DNA of 63,959 nt, filler included, from Licmophora abbreviata (Eukaryota): NCBI GenBank assembly GCA_900291995.1. It is 18 parts of 18 records of this genome, joined end to end, with 100 filler letters (N's around TTAATTAATTAA, not from the genome) between each part and the next. Parts side by side here need not be neighbours in the genome. Positions count along the whole stretch, not along the records: positions 1 to 2,206 come from OLMU01004707.1; positions 2,307 to 4,972 come from OLMU01004708.1; positions 5,073 to 8,339 come from OLMU01004709.1; positions 8,440 to 17,321 come from OLMU01004710.1; 14 more parts are not named here. One strand, written 5' to 3'. Both the position numbers and the translations under genes were made by a program. Of the stretch, positions 1 through 9,949 are shown piece by piece. Within the stretch, counting starts at the first letter, position 1, and each line of letters starts with the position of its first letter. Under the pieces are notes generated by a model. The model was not told the origin of the DNA and ran no database searches. It was given only the letters and a program-made list of their open reading frames with translations.

Positions 1-152
1 CCGCCACCACGCGCCAAAACGGAACCCTCACTGCCGAAACCGAGATGTATCACGTCGAAGGCGGCGCCTTCGCGCTGGACCGCTCGGGCCTGCGGATCAC
101 GGTGATCGGCGACAATCAGGCCGTCGATATCCAAGGCTGCCCGTCGAAGTAA
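1..152 (+). CDS. 3' end of a hypothetical protein (runs in from window edge)
   Basis: Open frame from position 3 (ATTRQNGTLTAETEMYHVEGG...IQGCPSK) with GC-rich third positions, ending in TAA at 150-152; convergent with moaB. Confidence 0.55.
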   Translation, partial: ATTRQNGTLTAETEMYHVEGGAFALDRSGLRITVIGDNQAVDIQGCPSK

Positions 153-158
153 CGGCGG

Positions 159-701
159 TCACTTGCGCCGCTTGTGCTCATCCAGCCGGGGCAGGATCTC
201 CACGAAATTGCAGGGCCGGTGCCGATAATCCAGCTGCAGGCTCAGGATCTCGTCCCAGGCATCCTTGCAGGCGCCGGGACTGCCGGGCAGGGCGAAAAGA
301 TAGGTGCCGTTCGCAACACCGCCCGTGGCGCGCGACTGCACGGCACTCGTGCCGATCTTCTGGAACGATATCATGGTAAACACTGTCCCGAAGGCGTCGA
401 TCTCCTTTTCATAGACATCGCGATGCGCCTCGACGGTGACATCCCGGCCGGTCAATCCGGTGCCGCCCGTGGAAATCACCACATCCACCTGATCCGATGC
501 GATCCATTCGCGCAGCTGATCGGCGATCTGGTCGCGCTCGTCGCGCACGATCATCCGGTCGGCCAGCACATGGCCCGCCGCCTCGATCCGGTTCACCAGT
601 ACCTCGCCGGAACGATCCTCCGAGATGTCGCGGCTGTCGCTCACGGTCAACACGGCGATCCGAACCGGAATGAAATCCTTTGTTTCGTCGATACGGCCCA
701 T
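159..701 (-). CDS. moaB: molybdenum cofactor biosynthesis protein B
   Basis: MGRIDETKDFIPVRIAVLTVSDSR, ISTGGTGLTGRDVT and ALPGSPGAC motifs; ATG at 701 with GAGGAG upstream. Confidence 0.93.
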   Translation of the reverse strand: MGRIDETKDFIPVRIAVLTVSDSRDISEDRSGEVLVNRIEAAGHVLADRMIVRDERDQIADQLREWIASDQVDVVISTGGTGLTGRDVTVEAHRDVYEKEIDAFGTVFTMISFQKIGTSAVQSRATGGVANGTYLFALPGSPGACKDAWDEILSLQLDYRHRPCNFVEILPRLDEHKRRK

Positions 702-706
702 TCGGG

Positions 707-1330
707 TCAACTCCTCTGAAGAAGGGCAAGCCGTGCGGCCAACCCCGCGAATATCAGCGCACTCGCATAGCCAAGCCCGCGTGTAAACCGGGCCGAGGTG
801 GCCAGCCGCTGCCCGACGCCCCCAGCACACAGGCCGACAGCGCCGTTGATGACAAAGCCCCCCACCGCCAGAACCAGCCCGCACATCAGAAACTGCCCGA
901 GAACCGATCCTTGCGCCGGATTGACGAATTGCGGCACGAAGGCCAGCACGAAGAGGATCACCTTGGGATTGAGCAGGTTGACGATCAGCCCCTCGCGAAA
1001 GGCCCGCGCCGCAGGCATCGCCAGTGGCGTGACATCCCGCGCCGGCCCGCGCCGCAGCGCGCCTGCCGCCAGCCAAAGCAGATACGCCACGCCGACCCAT
1101 CGGATCGCGTCGAACAGCCATGGCAGCGCCGCCACCGCCGCCCCGAGACCCAGACCCGCCAGCGTGACATGCACAAGACCACCCGCCGAAATACCCGCAG
1201 CGGCCGCCAGCGCGGCCTTGCCCCCCGACCGTAGGCCAAGCCCCAGACAGAACATCATGTCCGCCCCCGGCGTCAGGTTCAGCGCCAGAGCCGCAGGGAT
1301 GAACGCCAGCAGCACAAGCGGGTCCATCAT
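707..1330 (-). CDS. LysE/RhtB family amino acid efflux protein
   Basis: LNLTPGADM and NLLNPKVILF signatures; hydrophobic, about 207 aa. Confidence 0.9.
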   Translation of the reverse strand: MMDPLVLLAFIPAALALNLTPGADMMFCLGLGLRSGGKAALAAAAGISAGGLVHVTLAGLGLGAAVAALPWLFDAIRWVGVAYLLWLAAGALRRGPARDVTPLAMPAARAFREGLIVNLLNPKVILFVLAFVPQFVNPAQGSVLGQFLMCGLVLAVGGFVINGAVGLCAGGVGQRLATSARFTRGLGYASALIFAGLAARLALLQRS

Positions 1331-1926
1331 GCCCCGACCTCGAACCAGTTGACCGTGGGGCCCAGATTGACCACGCGGGTCTTGCCGATCATGCCGCTCT
1401 GGCCCCAGCTGTCGTGAATATGCCCGCAAACCGCCAGTGTCGGCTGCAGGCGCTCTATCGCGTCGCGGATCGCGGTTGAGCCGACGGAAACCCCCTGAGA
1501 GGTGACATCGGCAAGCCCCTTGGGCGGGGAATGGGTGACAAGGATATCCGCGCCGGTGCAGGTGTCCAGCATCCTCTCGGCATCCTCTTCGGTCAGATCA
1601 CAGGACCATGCGCCGAACGGCGTAACCGGCACGCCATATCCCAGACCGAACAGGCGCAGCCCTCCGATCTCGTGATCTTGCCCATGCAGAACGATGATCC
1701 CGTCGCGCGCGGCGCCCCGCAACTCTTCGGCGCTTTCCGCATTGCCCGGCACCACCACCATCGGCGCCGCGATCCCATCCAGCAGCGCCATGGCCAGATC
1801 CAGCCCGCGCCGCCCGTTGCAGAAATCGCCCGCCCCGATCACCAGATCGGCCTGCCGCGCCGCTTGGGTCAGCGCCTCGGCATGGCGCGCCGACTGGTGC
1901 AGATCGGAAAAGGCAAGGATCTTCAT
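1327..1926 (-). CDS. metallophosphoesterase (calcineurin-like)
   Basis: SDLH, GAGD, VPGNAE, THSPP and CGHIH metal-binding motifs; overlaps both neighbours by 4 nt. Confidence 0.88.
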   Translation of the reverse strand: MKILAFSDLHQSARHAEALTQAARQADLVIGAGDFCNGRRGLDLAMALLDGIAAPMVVVPGNAESAEELRGAARDGIIVLHGQDHEIGGLRLFGLGYGVPVTPFGAWSCDLTEEDAERMLDTCTGADILVTHSPPKGLADVTSQGVSVGSTAIRDAIERLQPTLAVCGHIHDSWGQSGMIGKTRVVNLGPTVNWFEVGA

Positions 1927-2417
1927 GCCCCGCCCCGCAGCCGCGCCTGCAACTCCAGCAGGTCGGCCCACGCCTCGCGCTTGGCATGCGGGTTGCGCAG
2001 CAGATAGGCGGGATGGACCATCGGCAGGGTCGGCCTGCCATAGCTTTCGGTCCATTGCCCGCGCAACCGCGTGATGCCCTGACGGCCCAGACCCGCCTGA
2101 CAGCTGATATTGCCCATCAGAACGACGATCTCGGGATCAACCAGATCGACATGGCGCTGCACGAACGGCAGCATCATGGCGATCTCTTCGGGCTTGGGAT
2201 CGCGGTNNNNNNNNNNNNNNNNNNNNNNNNNNNNNNNNNNNNNNNNNNNNTTAATTAATTAANNNNNNNNNNNNNNNNNNNNNNNNNNNNNNNNNNNNNN
2301 NNNNNNGGGCAGCTCAAAGCGATTGACCGGCAGATCTCCGATCGCCTCGGTCGCCCCAAGCTCGATCTGCCAGTCCAGAAGCGCCTTCGCGGCATAAGGA
2401 TCAAATGTCGATTCCAT
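1923..2417 (-). CDS. uracil-DNA glycosylase family 4 (middle lost in assembly gap)
   Basis: N-terminus [29 protein letters not shown]-terminus GITRLRGQW...HPAYLLRNP...KREAWADL; split by linker 2207-2306. Confidence 0.85.
2207..2306. other. artificial 100-nt contig linker, first of 17 (others start at 4973, 8340, 17322, 24090, 25660, 28471, 33936, 37394, 39763, 41026, 44248, 48564, 51889, 55315, 59166, 62183)
   Basis: Identical N44-TTAATTAATTAA-N44 cassette with stop codons in all six frames. Confidence 0.98.
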
Positions 2418-2529
2418 TGTCCTGCCAAGCTATCGCCCCGTCGCGCCGGTGGAAAGGCGACAAAGCGATCCCTTGCCCCTCCGCGCGCCGCTTTCTATAA
2501 GCGGGCAGGATCACGGAACGGAGCGGCGG

Positions 2530-3480
2530 ATGACCTTTTCACACTCCCACCTTCTGGGGATCGAGCCCCTTGCCCCGCCCGAGATCACCACGATTCTGGA
2601 CCTCGCCGATCAATACGTGGATCTCAACCGGCGGGACGTGAAACATGCCGATGCCCTGGCGGGGCTCACCCAGATCAACATGTTCTTCGAAAACTCCACC
2701 CGCACACAGGCCAGTTTCGAACTGGCGGGCAAGCGGCTTGGCGCGGATGTGATGAACATGGCGATGCAGGCCAGCTCGATCAAGAAAGGCGAAACGCTGA
2801 TCGATACGGCGATGACGCTGAATGCCATGCACCCCGATCTGCTGGTCGTGCGCCATCCCCAATCGGGTGCCGTGGACCTCTTGTCGCAGAAGGTGAACTG
2901 CGCTGTGCTGAACGCCGGGGACGGCCGCCACGAACACCCCACCCAGGCCCTGCTGGACGCGCTCACCATCCGCCGCGCCAAGGGCCGCCTTCACCGTCTC
3001 AACATCGCGATCTGCGGCGACATCGCCCATAGCCGGGTGGCGCGCTCGAACCTCCTGCTTCTGGGCAAGATGGAGAACCGCATCCGCCTGATCGGTCCGC
3101 CCACGCTCATGCCCTCGGGCATCCGCGATTTCGGGGTCGAGGTATTCGACGACATGAAAGAGGGCCTGCAAGATGTGGATGTCGTCATGATGCTGCGCCT
3201 GCAACGCGAACGCATGGATGGTGGCTTCATCCCCTCCGAGCGTGAATACTATTTCCGCTACGGTCTGGATGCCGAAAAGCTGGCCTATGCCAAACCCGAT
3301 GCCATCGTCATGCATCCCGGACCGATGAATCGCGGCGTCGAGATCGACGGCGAGATCGCCGACGACATCAACCGCAGCGTCATTCAGGAACAGGTGGAGA
3401 TGGGCGTTGCGGTGCGCATGGCCGCGATGGACCTTCTGGCCCGCAACCTGCGCGCGCGCGCCAAGGCGGTGATGGCATGA
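2530..3480 (+). CDS. pyrB: aspartate carbamoyltransferase catalytic subunit
   Basis: [35 protein letters not shown] and MHPGPMNRG motifs. Confidence 0.96.
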   Translation: MTFSHSHLLGIEPLAPPEITTILDLADQYVDLNRRDVKHADALAGLTQINMFFENSTRTQASFELAGKRLGADVMNMAMQASSIKKGETLIDTAMTLNAMHPDLLVVRHPQSGAVDLLSQKVNCAVLNAGDGRHEHPTQALLDALTIRRAKGRLHRLNIAICGDIAHSRVARSNLLLLGKMENRIRLIGPPTLMPSGIRDFGVEVFDDMKEGLQDVDVVMMLRLQRERMDGGFIPSEREYYFRYGLDAEKLAYAKPDAIVMHPGPMNRGVEIDGEIADDINRSVIQEQVEMGVAVRMAAMDLLARNLRARAKAVMA

Positions 3481-4013
3481 CCGACAGCATCCACATCAAA
3501 CCCACCGAACATGGCGTCGTGCGTGTCTTCGATGTCGATCTGCCCGCCGAGCAGATCAAGGCCTTCAACCGTCGCAACGGCACATGGCCGCTGCAGGATG
3601 CACTTGGCGCCGACACGCTCGATCCCGCCCATGTCGATCTCATCGCAGTCGAGGATCTCGATGAGCTGGGCCTCGCGGGCTATCTGGCCGAAGGGCACGG
3701 GATTTCCCCGGACAATCTGCGCGACATGCGAGGGCGGCTCGCGGCACTGTCCGGCCATGTGCTGATCGTCACCTCGCGTGCCTTCGGCGGTGAGGAACAG
3801 ACGCTCTCGCCCCGTGCGCCGCTGCACCTTGTCGCCACCTTCACCGAAGATCGCCCGCCGGTCTCCTTCGATCCGCTGCCTTCGCAGGCGGCGCGCGGCG
3901 TCACAGGCGGCAAGCCCCCGCCCAGTAACGCGGCGATGTCAGGGCGCGTGGCCTCCATCGCGCTGCTGGTCCTGTTCCTCTTGGTGGCGCTGGTCGTCTG
4001 GGTGGCGTCCTGA
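3477..4013 (+). CDS. hypothetical protein with C-terminal membrane anchor
   Basis: 178-aa ORF with ATGA overlap on the pyrB stop; terminal hydrophobic helix [18 protein letters not shown]. Confidence 0.75.
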   Translation: MTDSIHIKPTEHGVVRVFDVDLPAEQIKAFNRRNGTWPLQDALGADTLDPAHVDLIAVEDLDELGLAGYLAEGHGISPDNLRDMRGRLAALSGHVLIVTSRAFGGEEQTLSPRAPLHLVATFTEDRPPVSFDPLPSQAARGVTGGKPPPSNAAMSGRVASIALLVLFLLVALVVWVAS

Positions 4014-4462
4014 TGGATGGCCTGATGCACTCCATGACGCCGACGACACCCTTGGGCGAGGGCGAAGAGGTGCTGCACAGCTTCCATCCCGACCGGGCCA
4101 CCTATTGGCGCGATCACGCATGGCTTGCCGCCGCTGCGATGGCGCTTGGCATGGCGATTCTCTGGGTCATGGGCAATCCGCATGTCTGGACCGGGGCCGT
4201 GGGCGGGCTGGCCGCCGTTGCCGTGCGCGCCTTCTACGTCGCCTCCGACGAGATGCAGGCCCGCTGGGATCTGACCGACAGGCGCCTGCTGGGGCCGCAA
4301 ACCCGCGCCGTTCACCTGACCGATATCGCCCGCGTCCGCACCCTCGGATCGGCGGTGCAGATCGTCACCCGGTCCGGCGACAAGCACCTTCTCAAGTATC
4401 AGCCCGACCGCGACGCCACCCGTCAGCGTATCCAGACCGCCATGACCGGAGCCCGCCCATGA
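4013..4462 (+). CDS. hypothetical membrane protein (2 TM plus possible bacterial PH-like domain)
   Basis: Coupled to both neighbours; two hydrophobic segments followed by WDLTDRRL...LTDIARVR. Confidence 0.7.
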   Translation: MDGLMHSMTPTTPLGEGEEVLHSFHPDRATYWRDHAWLAAAAMALGMAILWVMGNPHVWTGAVGGLAAVAVRAFYVASDEMQARWDLTDRRLLGPQTRAVHLTDIARVRTLGSAVQIVTRSGDKHLLKYQPDRDATRQRIQTAMTGARP

Positions 4463-5828
4463 GCCGCACCACGCTTTTCACCAATGCCCGACTGATCGAC
4501 CCTGAACAGGGCACCGACGCGCCCGGCTGGCTTCTGATCGAGGGGACCACGATCAAGGCGCTCGGCACCGAAGGTTCGGCGCCCGCCGCCGACGCGGTGA
4601 TCGATTGCGGTGGCCATTGTCTTGCGCCGGGCATCGTGGATATCGGCGTCAAGGTCTGCGAGCCGGGCGAACGGCACAAGGAATCCTATCGCTCTGCCGG
4701 GCTGGCGGCGGCTGCGGGTGGGGTCACCACCATGATCACCCGCCCCGACACGCTGCCCTCGATAGACACGCCCGAGGCGCTGGAATTCGTCGCCCGCCGC
4801 GCCAATGCCGCAGGCCCCGTGAATGTCCGCCCCATGGCGGCGCTGACCAAGGGCCGCGAAGGCCGCGAGATGACCGAGATCGGGTTCCTGCTGGATGCCG
4901 GCGCCGTGGCCTTCACCGATTGCGACCATGTCATCACCAACACCAAGGTATTCCAGCGCGCGCTGACCTATGNNNNNNNNNNNNNNNNNNNNNNNNNNNN
5001 NNNNNNNNNNNNNNNNTTAATTAATTAANNNNNNNNNNNNNNNNNNNNNNNNNNNNNNNNNNNNNNNNNNNNGCGCTGATCATCGCCCATCCTCAGGAAC
5101 CGGGCCTCAGCGCAGGCGCCTCGGCCACCTCGGGCAAATTCGCCTCGCTGCGCGGGCTGCCATCGGTCTCGCCCATGGCCGAACGCATGGGGCTCGATCG
5201 CGATATCGCTCTGCTGGAAATGACCGGCGCGCGCTATCATGCCGATCAGATCACCACCGCCCGCGCACTGCCCGCGCTGGAGCGTGCCAAGCGCAACGGG
5301 CTGGACATCACCGCAGGCACCTCGATCCACCATCTGACCTTGAACGAACTGGACGTGGCCGATTATCGCACCTTCTTTAAGGTCAAGCCGCCGCTGCGCT
5401 CCGAGGATGACAGGCAAGCGGTGATCGAAGCCGTGCGCTCGGGGCTGATCGATGTCATCTGCTCGATGCACACGCCGCAGGATGTGGAATCCAAACGCCT
5501 GCCGTTTGAAGAGGCCGCGTCCGGCGCCGTCGCTCTGGAAACCCTGCTGCCCGCCGCGCTCAGGCTTTACCATTCCGGCGATCTGGACCTGCCCACGCTG
5601 TTCCGGGCGATGGCGTTCAATCCCGCGCAACGGCTGGGGCTGGCCTCGGGTCGGCTTGCGCCGGGCGCGCCCGCCGATCTGCTGGTCTTCGATCCCGACA
5701 AGCCCTTCGTGATGGATCGCAACAGCTTGCACTCCAAGTCCAAGAACACGCCGTTTGACGGTCAGCGCCTTCAGGGTAAGGTGCGCTTGACCTATGTCGC
5801 CGGAACCTGCGTCTACGAGGCCGCCTGA
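4459..5828 (+). CDS. pyrC: dihydroorotase-like protein, probably inactive PyrC' (split by gap)
   Basis: AAAAGGVTTMITRPDT, KVKPPLR and SKSKNTPFDG amidohydrolase/DHOase motifs; downstream of pyrB; metal ligands substituted. Confidence 0.9.
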
Positions 5829-6433
5829 TGCCAATGATCGAAACCGGATCCACCCTGCTGATCGTCTGGGCTGTCATCGGCTATCTTCTGGGGTCGATTC
5901 CCTTCGGGCTGCTGCTGACGCGCGCGATGAATCTCGGCAATCTGCGCGAGATCGGATCAGGCAATATCGGCGCCACGAATGTCCTTCGCACCGGCTCCAA
6001 AGGGGCGGCGGCGGCGACGCTGCTGCTGGATGGCGGCAAGGGGGCCTTGGCGGCCCTGCTGGCGCGCTATCTGACCGGCGAGGATGCCGCGCAACTGGCC
6101 GGGCTGATGGCATTTCTTGGCCATTGCTATCCGGTCTGGCTCAAGTTCAAGGGTGGCAAGGGGGTGGCGACGTTCCTTGGCCTTCTGCTGGCGCTGGCTT
6201 GGCCGGTCGGTGTGGCCTGCTGCCTGACATGGCTGGTCGCCGCCGCGCTGAAGCGGATGTCGTCCTTTGCCGCGATCACGGCTGCGGCGCTGTCGTCGAT
6301 CTGGGCCTTCGTGCTGGGACGGCCCGATGCGTTCCTGCTCTGCGTGATCCTGACCTTGGTGATCTACTGGCGACACCGTGACAATATCGCCCGCATCAAA
6401 GCCGGAACCGAGCCTCGCATCGGGCAGAAGTGA
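5828..6433 (+). CDS. plsY: glycerol-3-phosphate acyltransferase PlsY
   Basis: GYLLGSIPFG, GSGNIGATNVLR, GGKGVATFLG and HRDNIARI motifs. Confidence 0.95.
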   Translation: MPMIETGSTLLIVWAVIGYLLGSIPFGLLLTRAMNLGNLREIGSGNIGATNVLRTGSKGAAAATLLLDGGKGALAALLARYLTGEDAAQLAGLMAFLGHCYPVWLKFKGGKGVATFLGLLLALAWPVGVACCLTWLVAAALKRMSSFAAITAAALSSIWAFVLGRPDAFLLCVILTLVIYWRHRDNIARIKAGTEPRIGQK

Positions 6434-6503
6434 CGCCCGGATTTCCGGCCGCTTCAGGCGCTGCGACCGTCCTTGCCCGATCCGCCCAAGAGACCAATCC
6501 TGC

Positions 6504-6543
6504 ACCGACGCAATACCGACGTTATACCGACGTGATACCGATG
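6504..6543 (+). repeat. four 11-bp-period direct repeats (ACCGAYG core)
   Basis: accgacg-caat-accgacg-ttat-accgacg-tgat-accgatg; same family in inverted orientation at 49064-49103. Confidence 0.8.
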
Positions 6544-6574
6544 GCGATTTTTGCCGTTTTCCGCAGCTTTCGGA

Positions 6575-7945
6575 TCAATAGGAATACTGCGCGTAAATCC
6601 GGCTGAGATCGCCGTTCCAGTCGCCTTCGTAATGCTCCAGAAGCTCGTCGGCGGGAACTTTTCCGCTCTCCACGCTTTCCTTCAGCGCGTTGAGGAAATG
6701 GGTCTCGTCCGGGATCATCCCGTTGGCCCCGGCCCGCGCCCGCGCCTTCAGTCCCGCTTCCGAAAGGTCCAAAACCTCGCGCGCCAGATCATGCATGGAA
6801 ATGCCCATCACATTGGCCTGCAACGCTTTTTCGCTTGCCGCCACGCGCAGCTCCTCGCGGGTTTCCGCGTCCCAGTCCTTGACGATATCCCATGCCGCAT
6901 CCAGCGACGACTGGTCATACATCAGCCCCACCCAGAACGCCGGCAGCGCGCAAAGCCTGCGCCACGGCCCACCATCGGCCCCGCGCATTTCAAGGTATTT
7001 CTTGATGCGCGCCTCGGGGAAGATCGTGGTCAAATGATCCGCCCAGTCCGACAGCGTCGGCTTTTCCCCCGGCAGCGCCGGCAGCTCCCCCTTCAGGAAG
7101 TCCCGGAAAGACTGCCCCAAAGCGTCAATGTATTTCCCGTCGCGATAGACAAAATACATAGGCACATCAAGGGCATAGTCGGCCCATGCTTCAAAGCCGA
7201 ATCCCTCGTCGAAGACGAAGGGCAGCATCCCGGTCCGGGCGTTATCCAGATCCCGCCAGACCCGCGCGCGCCATGATTTCAAGCCCGTCGGCTTGCCATC
7301 GAAAAACGGTGAATTGGCGAAAAGGGCCGTCGCCACCGGCTGCAACGCCAGCGCCACGCGCAGCTTGCGTACCATGTCCGCCTCAGAGCCGAAATCAAGG
7401 TTCACCTGCACGGTACAGGTCCGGTACATCATGGATTTGCCCATGGTGCCGACACGGTCCATGTAGTCGGTCATCAGCTTGTAGCGGCCCTTGGGCATGC
7501 GCGGCATGTCCTCGTGGCTCCAGATCGGTGCGGCGCCCAATCCGATAAAGCCCACGCCCACCTTGTCGGCGATGTCCTTGACGTCCTTCAGATGGGCGTT
7601 CACTTCGTCGCAGGTTTCGTGGATATTCTCCAGCGGCGCACCTGAAAGTTCGAGCTGCCCGCCGGGTTCGAGGCTGACATTCGCGCCATCCTTGGCAAGA
7701 CCGATCAGCTTACCGCTTTCTTCAAGCGGGGCCCAGCCGTGCAGGTCCCGCAGACCTTCAAGCACGGCCAAAACGCTGCGTTCCCCTTCGTAGGGGATCG
7801 GCTTGAGCGTGTCCTTGCAATACCCGAACTTCTCGTGCTCGGTTCCGATGCGCCATTCATCGCGTGGTTTGCAGCCGCTTGCCAGATATTCGGCCAGTTG
7901 TTCATGCCGCTCGATCGGCCCGCCACCGGACTGGGGTATGGACAT
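6575..7945 (-). CDS. gshA: glutamate--cysteine ligase (alphaproteobacterial/plant type)
   Basis: WRIGTEHEKF, SLEPGGQLELSG, TCTVQVNLD and YLEMRGADGGPW motifs. Confidence 0.95.
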   Translation of the reverse strand: MSIPQSGGGPIERHEQLAEYLASGCKPRDEWRIGTEHEKFGYCKDTLKPIPYEGERSVLAVLEGLRDLHGWAPLEESGKLIGLAKDGANVSLEPGGQLELSGAPLENIHETCDEVNAHLKDVKDIADKVGVGFIGLGAAPIWSHEDMPRMPKGRYKLMTDYMDRVGTMGKSMMYRTCTVQVNLDFGSEADMVRKLRVALALQPVATALFANSPFFDGKPTGLKSWRARVWRDLDNARTGMLPFVFDEGFGFEAWADYALDVPMYFVYRDGKYIDALGQSFRDFLKGELPALPGEKPTLSDWADHLTTIFPEARIKKYLEMRGADGGPWRRLCALPAFWVGLMYDQSSLDAAWDIVKDWDAETREELRVAASEKALQANVMGISMHDLAREVLDLSEAGLKARARAGANGMIPDETHFLNALKESVESGKVPADELLEHYEGDWNGDLSRIYAQYSY

Positions 7946-8009
7946 GACCGTTTCTCCTGCCTTGTCGCGTCTTGCTGGCTGCCACAAGTGGCGGCATTCG
8001 CACGGGGTG

Positions 8010-8339
8010 TCAATGTAGCCGGGGGTATGATTTTTGCCAGATGATCACGGAGGCATTTCCATGCCGTTTCATCTGCGCCAGCATATGCTCGGTCCGGATA
8101 CCCGGCAAAGTTGCAAATGCATCGAACAGCGCATCCGCGCCGCTGGCCGTCAGGGGGATCGCAAGATCGGGTTGGCCGGGTTGGCTCAAGATCCAGTGCG
8201 GCGGTCTTCCAGTGGGGTCAAGCGACACTTGCGACAGCTCGCCCAAAGCCACCATGCCGCCAGTCAACGGGCCGAAATAGGCGATCTGACCCTCGACCAC
8301 AGTGACGACACCTGGACCATCCTGACCCGAGCGAAAGCG
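8010..8339 (-). CDS. conserved hypothetical protein (5' part in gap)
   Basis: Open from gap edge: RFRSGQDGPGVVTVVEGQIAYFGPLTGG...LFDAFATLPG. Confidence 0.65.
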   Translation of the reverse strand, partial: RFRSGQDGPGVVTVVEGQIAYFGPLTGGMVALGELSQVSLDPTGRPPHWILSQPGQPDLAIPLTASGADALFDAFATLPGIRTEHMLAQMKRHGNASVIIWQKSYPRLH

Positions 8340-8439
8340 NNNNNNNNNNNNNNNNNNNNNNNNNNNNNNNNNNNNNNNNNNNNTTAATTAATTAANNNNN
8401 NNNNNNNNNNNNNNNNNNNNNNNNNNNNNNNNNNNNNNN

Positions 8440-8910
8440 GTCCTGCAGCAACCGGTCGAGCTTTTGAAGATCGGTGACCTCGGGCACGTAGGTGCCACCG
8501 CATTGCTCGGCGGCCTCGATGGCATGGGCCTGCAGACGGTCCTGCCGGATACGCTCGGAATTGGTGAAATCCGTCTGCACAGGCAGGATGCGCGCGGCCC
8601 CCATTTCGGCGGCTTTCTCGACGATGAAATCGGTGCGCGCCTTCTTGATCGGAGCGAATAGCACCCACAGATCGGGCGGGTTTCGCTGTGGGGCCGTCTG
8701 CTTTTCGACCCGCAGAACCCCACCCTTTTTCGAGGCCTCCTGTACGGTAACAAGCCATTCGCCGTCACACCCGTTGAACGCCAGAAGCGCATCGCCTGCG
8801 CCGCGCCGCATCACCCCGAACAGGTAATGCGCCTGATCGCGGTTCAGAGGAACCGTTTGCCCTTCCCCCAAGGCGTGCTCTACATAAAGCCTGATCTTCG
8901 CATCTGCCAT
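8440..8910 (-). CDS. rsmE: 16S rRNA (uracil1498-N3)-methyltransferase (3' part in gap)
   Basis: HYLFGVMR, VEKAAEMGA and IEAAEQCG motifs. Confidence 0.93.
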
Positions 8911-8921
8911 GGGGGCACCAT

Positions 8922-9887
8922 ATGACCGGCAAGAACCAGACGCCAGAGGCCGCAGGCATGGTGGCCGATGCGGTCAAGGGCAACTGGGTGGATCGGTTCG
9001 CGCCACAGGCCACGCGGCCCTATCTGCGATTGGCCCGCGCGGATCGGCCTATCGGCACATGGCTGCTTTTGCTCCCTTGTTGGTGGGGGTTGTTGCTGGC
9101 GATGCTCCATGATGGGCGCGCCGATTGGCATGATCTCTGGATCTTTGCGGGCTGCGGCATCGGGGCGTGGTTGATGCGGGGGGCAGGCTGCACATGGAAC
9201 GACATCACCGATCGCGATATCGATGGCAGTGTGGCCCGCACCGCATCGCGCCCCATCCCCTCGGGTCAGGTGAGCGTGAAGGGTGCGCTTGTCTGGCTGG
9301 TCGCACAGGCGCTCGTGGCGTTCTGCATCTTGCTGACGTTTAACGCGGCTGCAATCGTCCTTGGTATTCTGGCGCTCGTGCCGGTGGCCATCTACCCTTT
9401 TGCCAAGCGGTTCACCTGGTGGCCTCAGGTGTTTCTGGGCCTGGCGTTCAACTGGGGGGCGCTGCTTGCCTGGACCGCGCATGCTGGACAGCTCGAATGG
9501 CCGGCGGTTCTTCTGTATCTGGCCGGCATTTCATGGACGCTGTTCTACGACACGATCTATGCGCATCAGGACAAGGAAGATGATGCCCTGATCGGTGTCA
9601 AATCGACCGCGCGTCTGTTCGGAGACCGGACACCCAGATGGCTGGCCATGTTCCTTGTCCTGACGGTTGCGCTGCAGTCTCTGGCGGTGATTATCGCGGC
9701 CATCGGCGGGAGTTCGCCGGCCTTGCTGGTGGCGCTTCTGGGGCCGTGGGCGATGGGCTGGCATATGCAATGGCAGCTGCGAAAACTGGACCTGAACGAC
9801 AACGACAGACTGCTCGGGCTGTTCCGGTCGAACCGGGATGCGGGGCTGCTGCCCTTGCCGTTTTTCGCAATTGCGCTGCTGCTGTGA
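8922..9887 (+). CDS. ubiA: 4-hydroxybenzoate octaprenyltransferase
   Basis: RADRPIGTWLL, NDITDRDID and YDTIYAHQDKEDD motifs. Confidence 0.95.
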   Translation: MTGKNQTPEAAGMVADAVKGNWVDRFAPQATRPYLRLARADRPIGTWLLLLPCWWGLLLAMLHDGRADWHDLWIFAGCGIGAWLMRGAGCTWNDITDRDIDGSVARTASRPIPSGQVSVKGALVWLVAQALVAFCILLTFNAAAIVLGILALVPVAIYPFAKRFTWWPQVFLGLAFNWGALLAWTAHAGQLEWPAVLLYLAGISWTLFYDTIYAHQDKEDDALIGVKSTARLFGDRTPRWLAMFLVLTVALQSLAVIIAAIGGSSPALLVALLGPWAMGWHMQWQLRKLDLNDNDRLLGLFRSNRDAGLLPLPFFAIALLL

Positions 9888-9949
9888 TTGAACATCCTGC
9901 CTGCACGGCCTAAACACGGCGAGAGCAATAACTTGCGGGCCTGAACGCC

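Noticed and set aside
6504..6543. Possible mini-CRISPR array
   Set aside because: Repeats of 7 nt with 4-nt spacers are far too short, and no cas genes are present. Kept as a tandem array.
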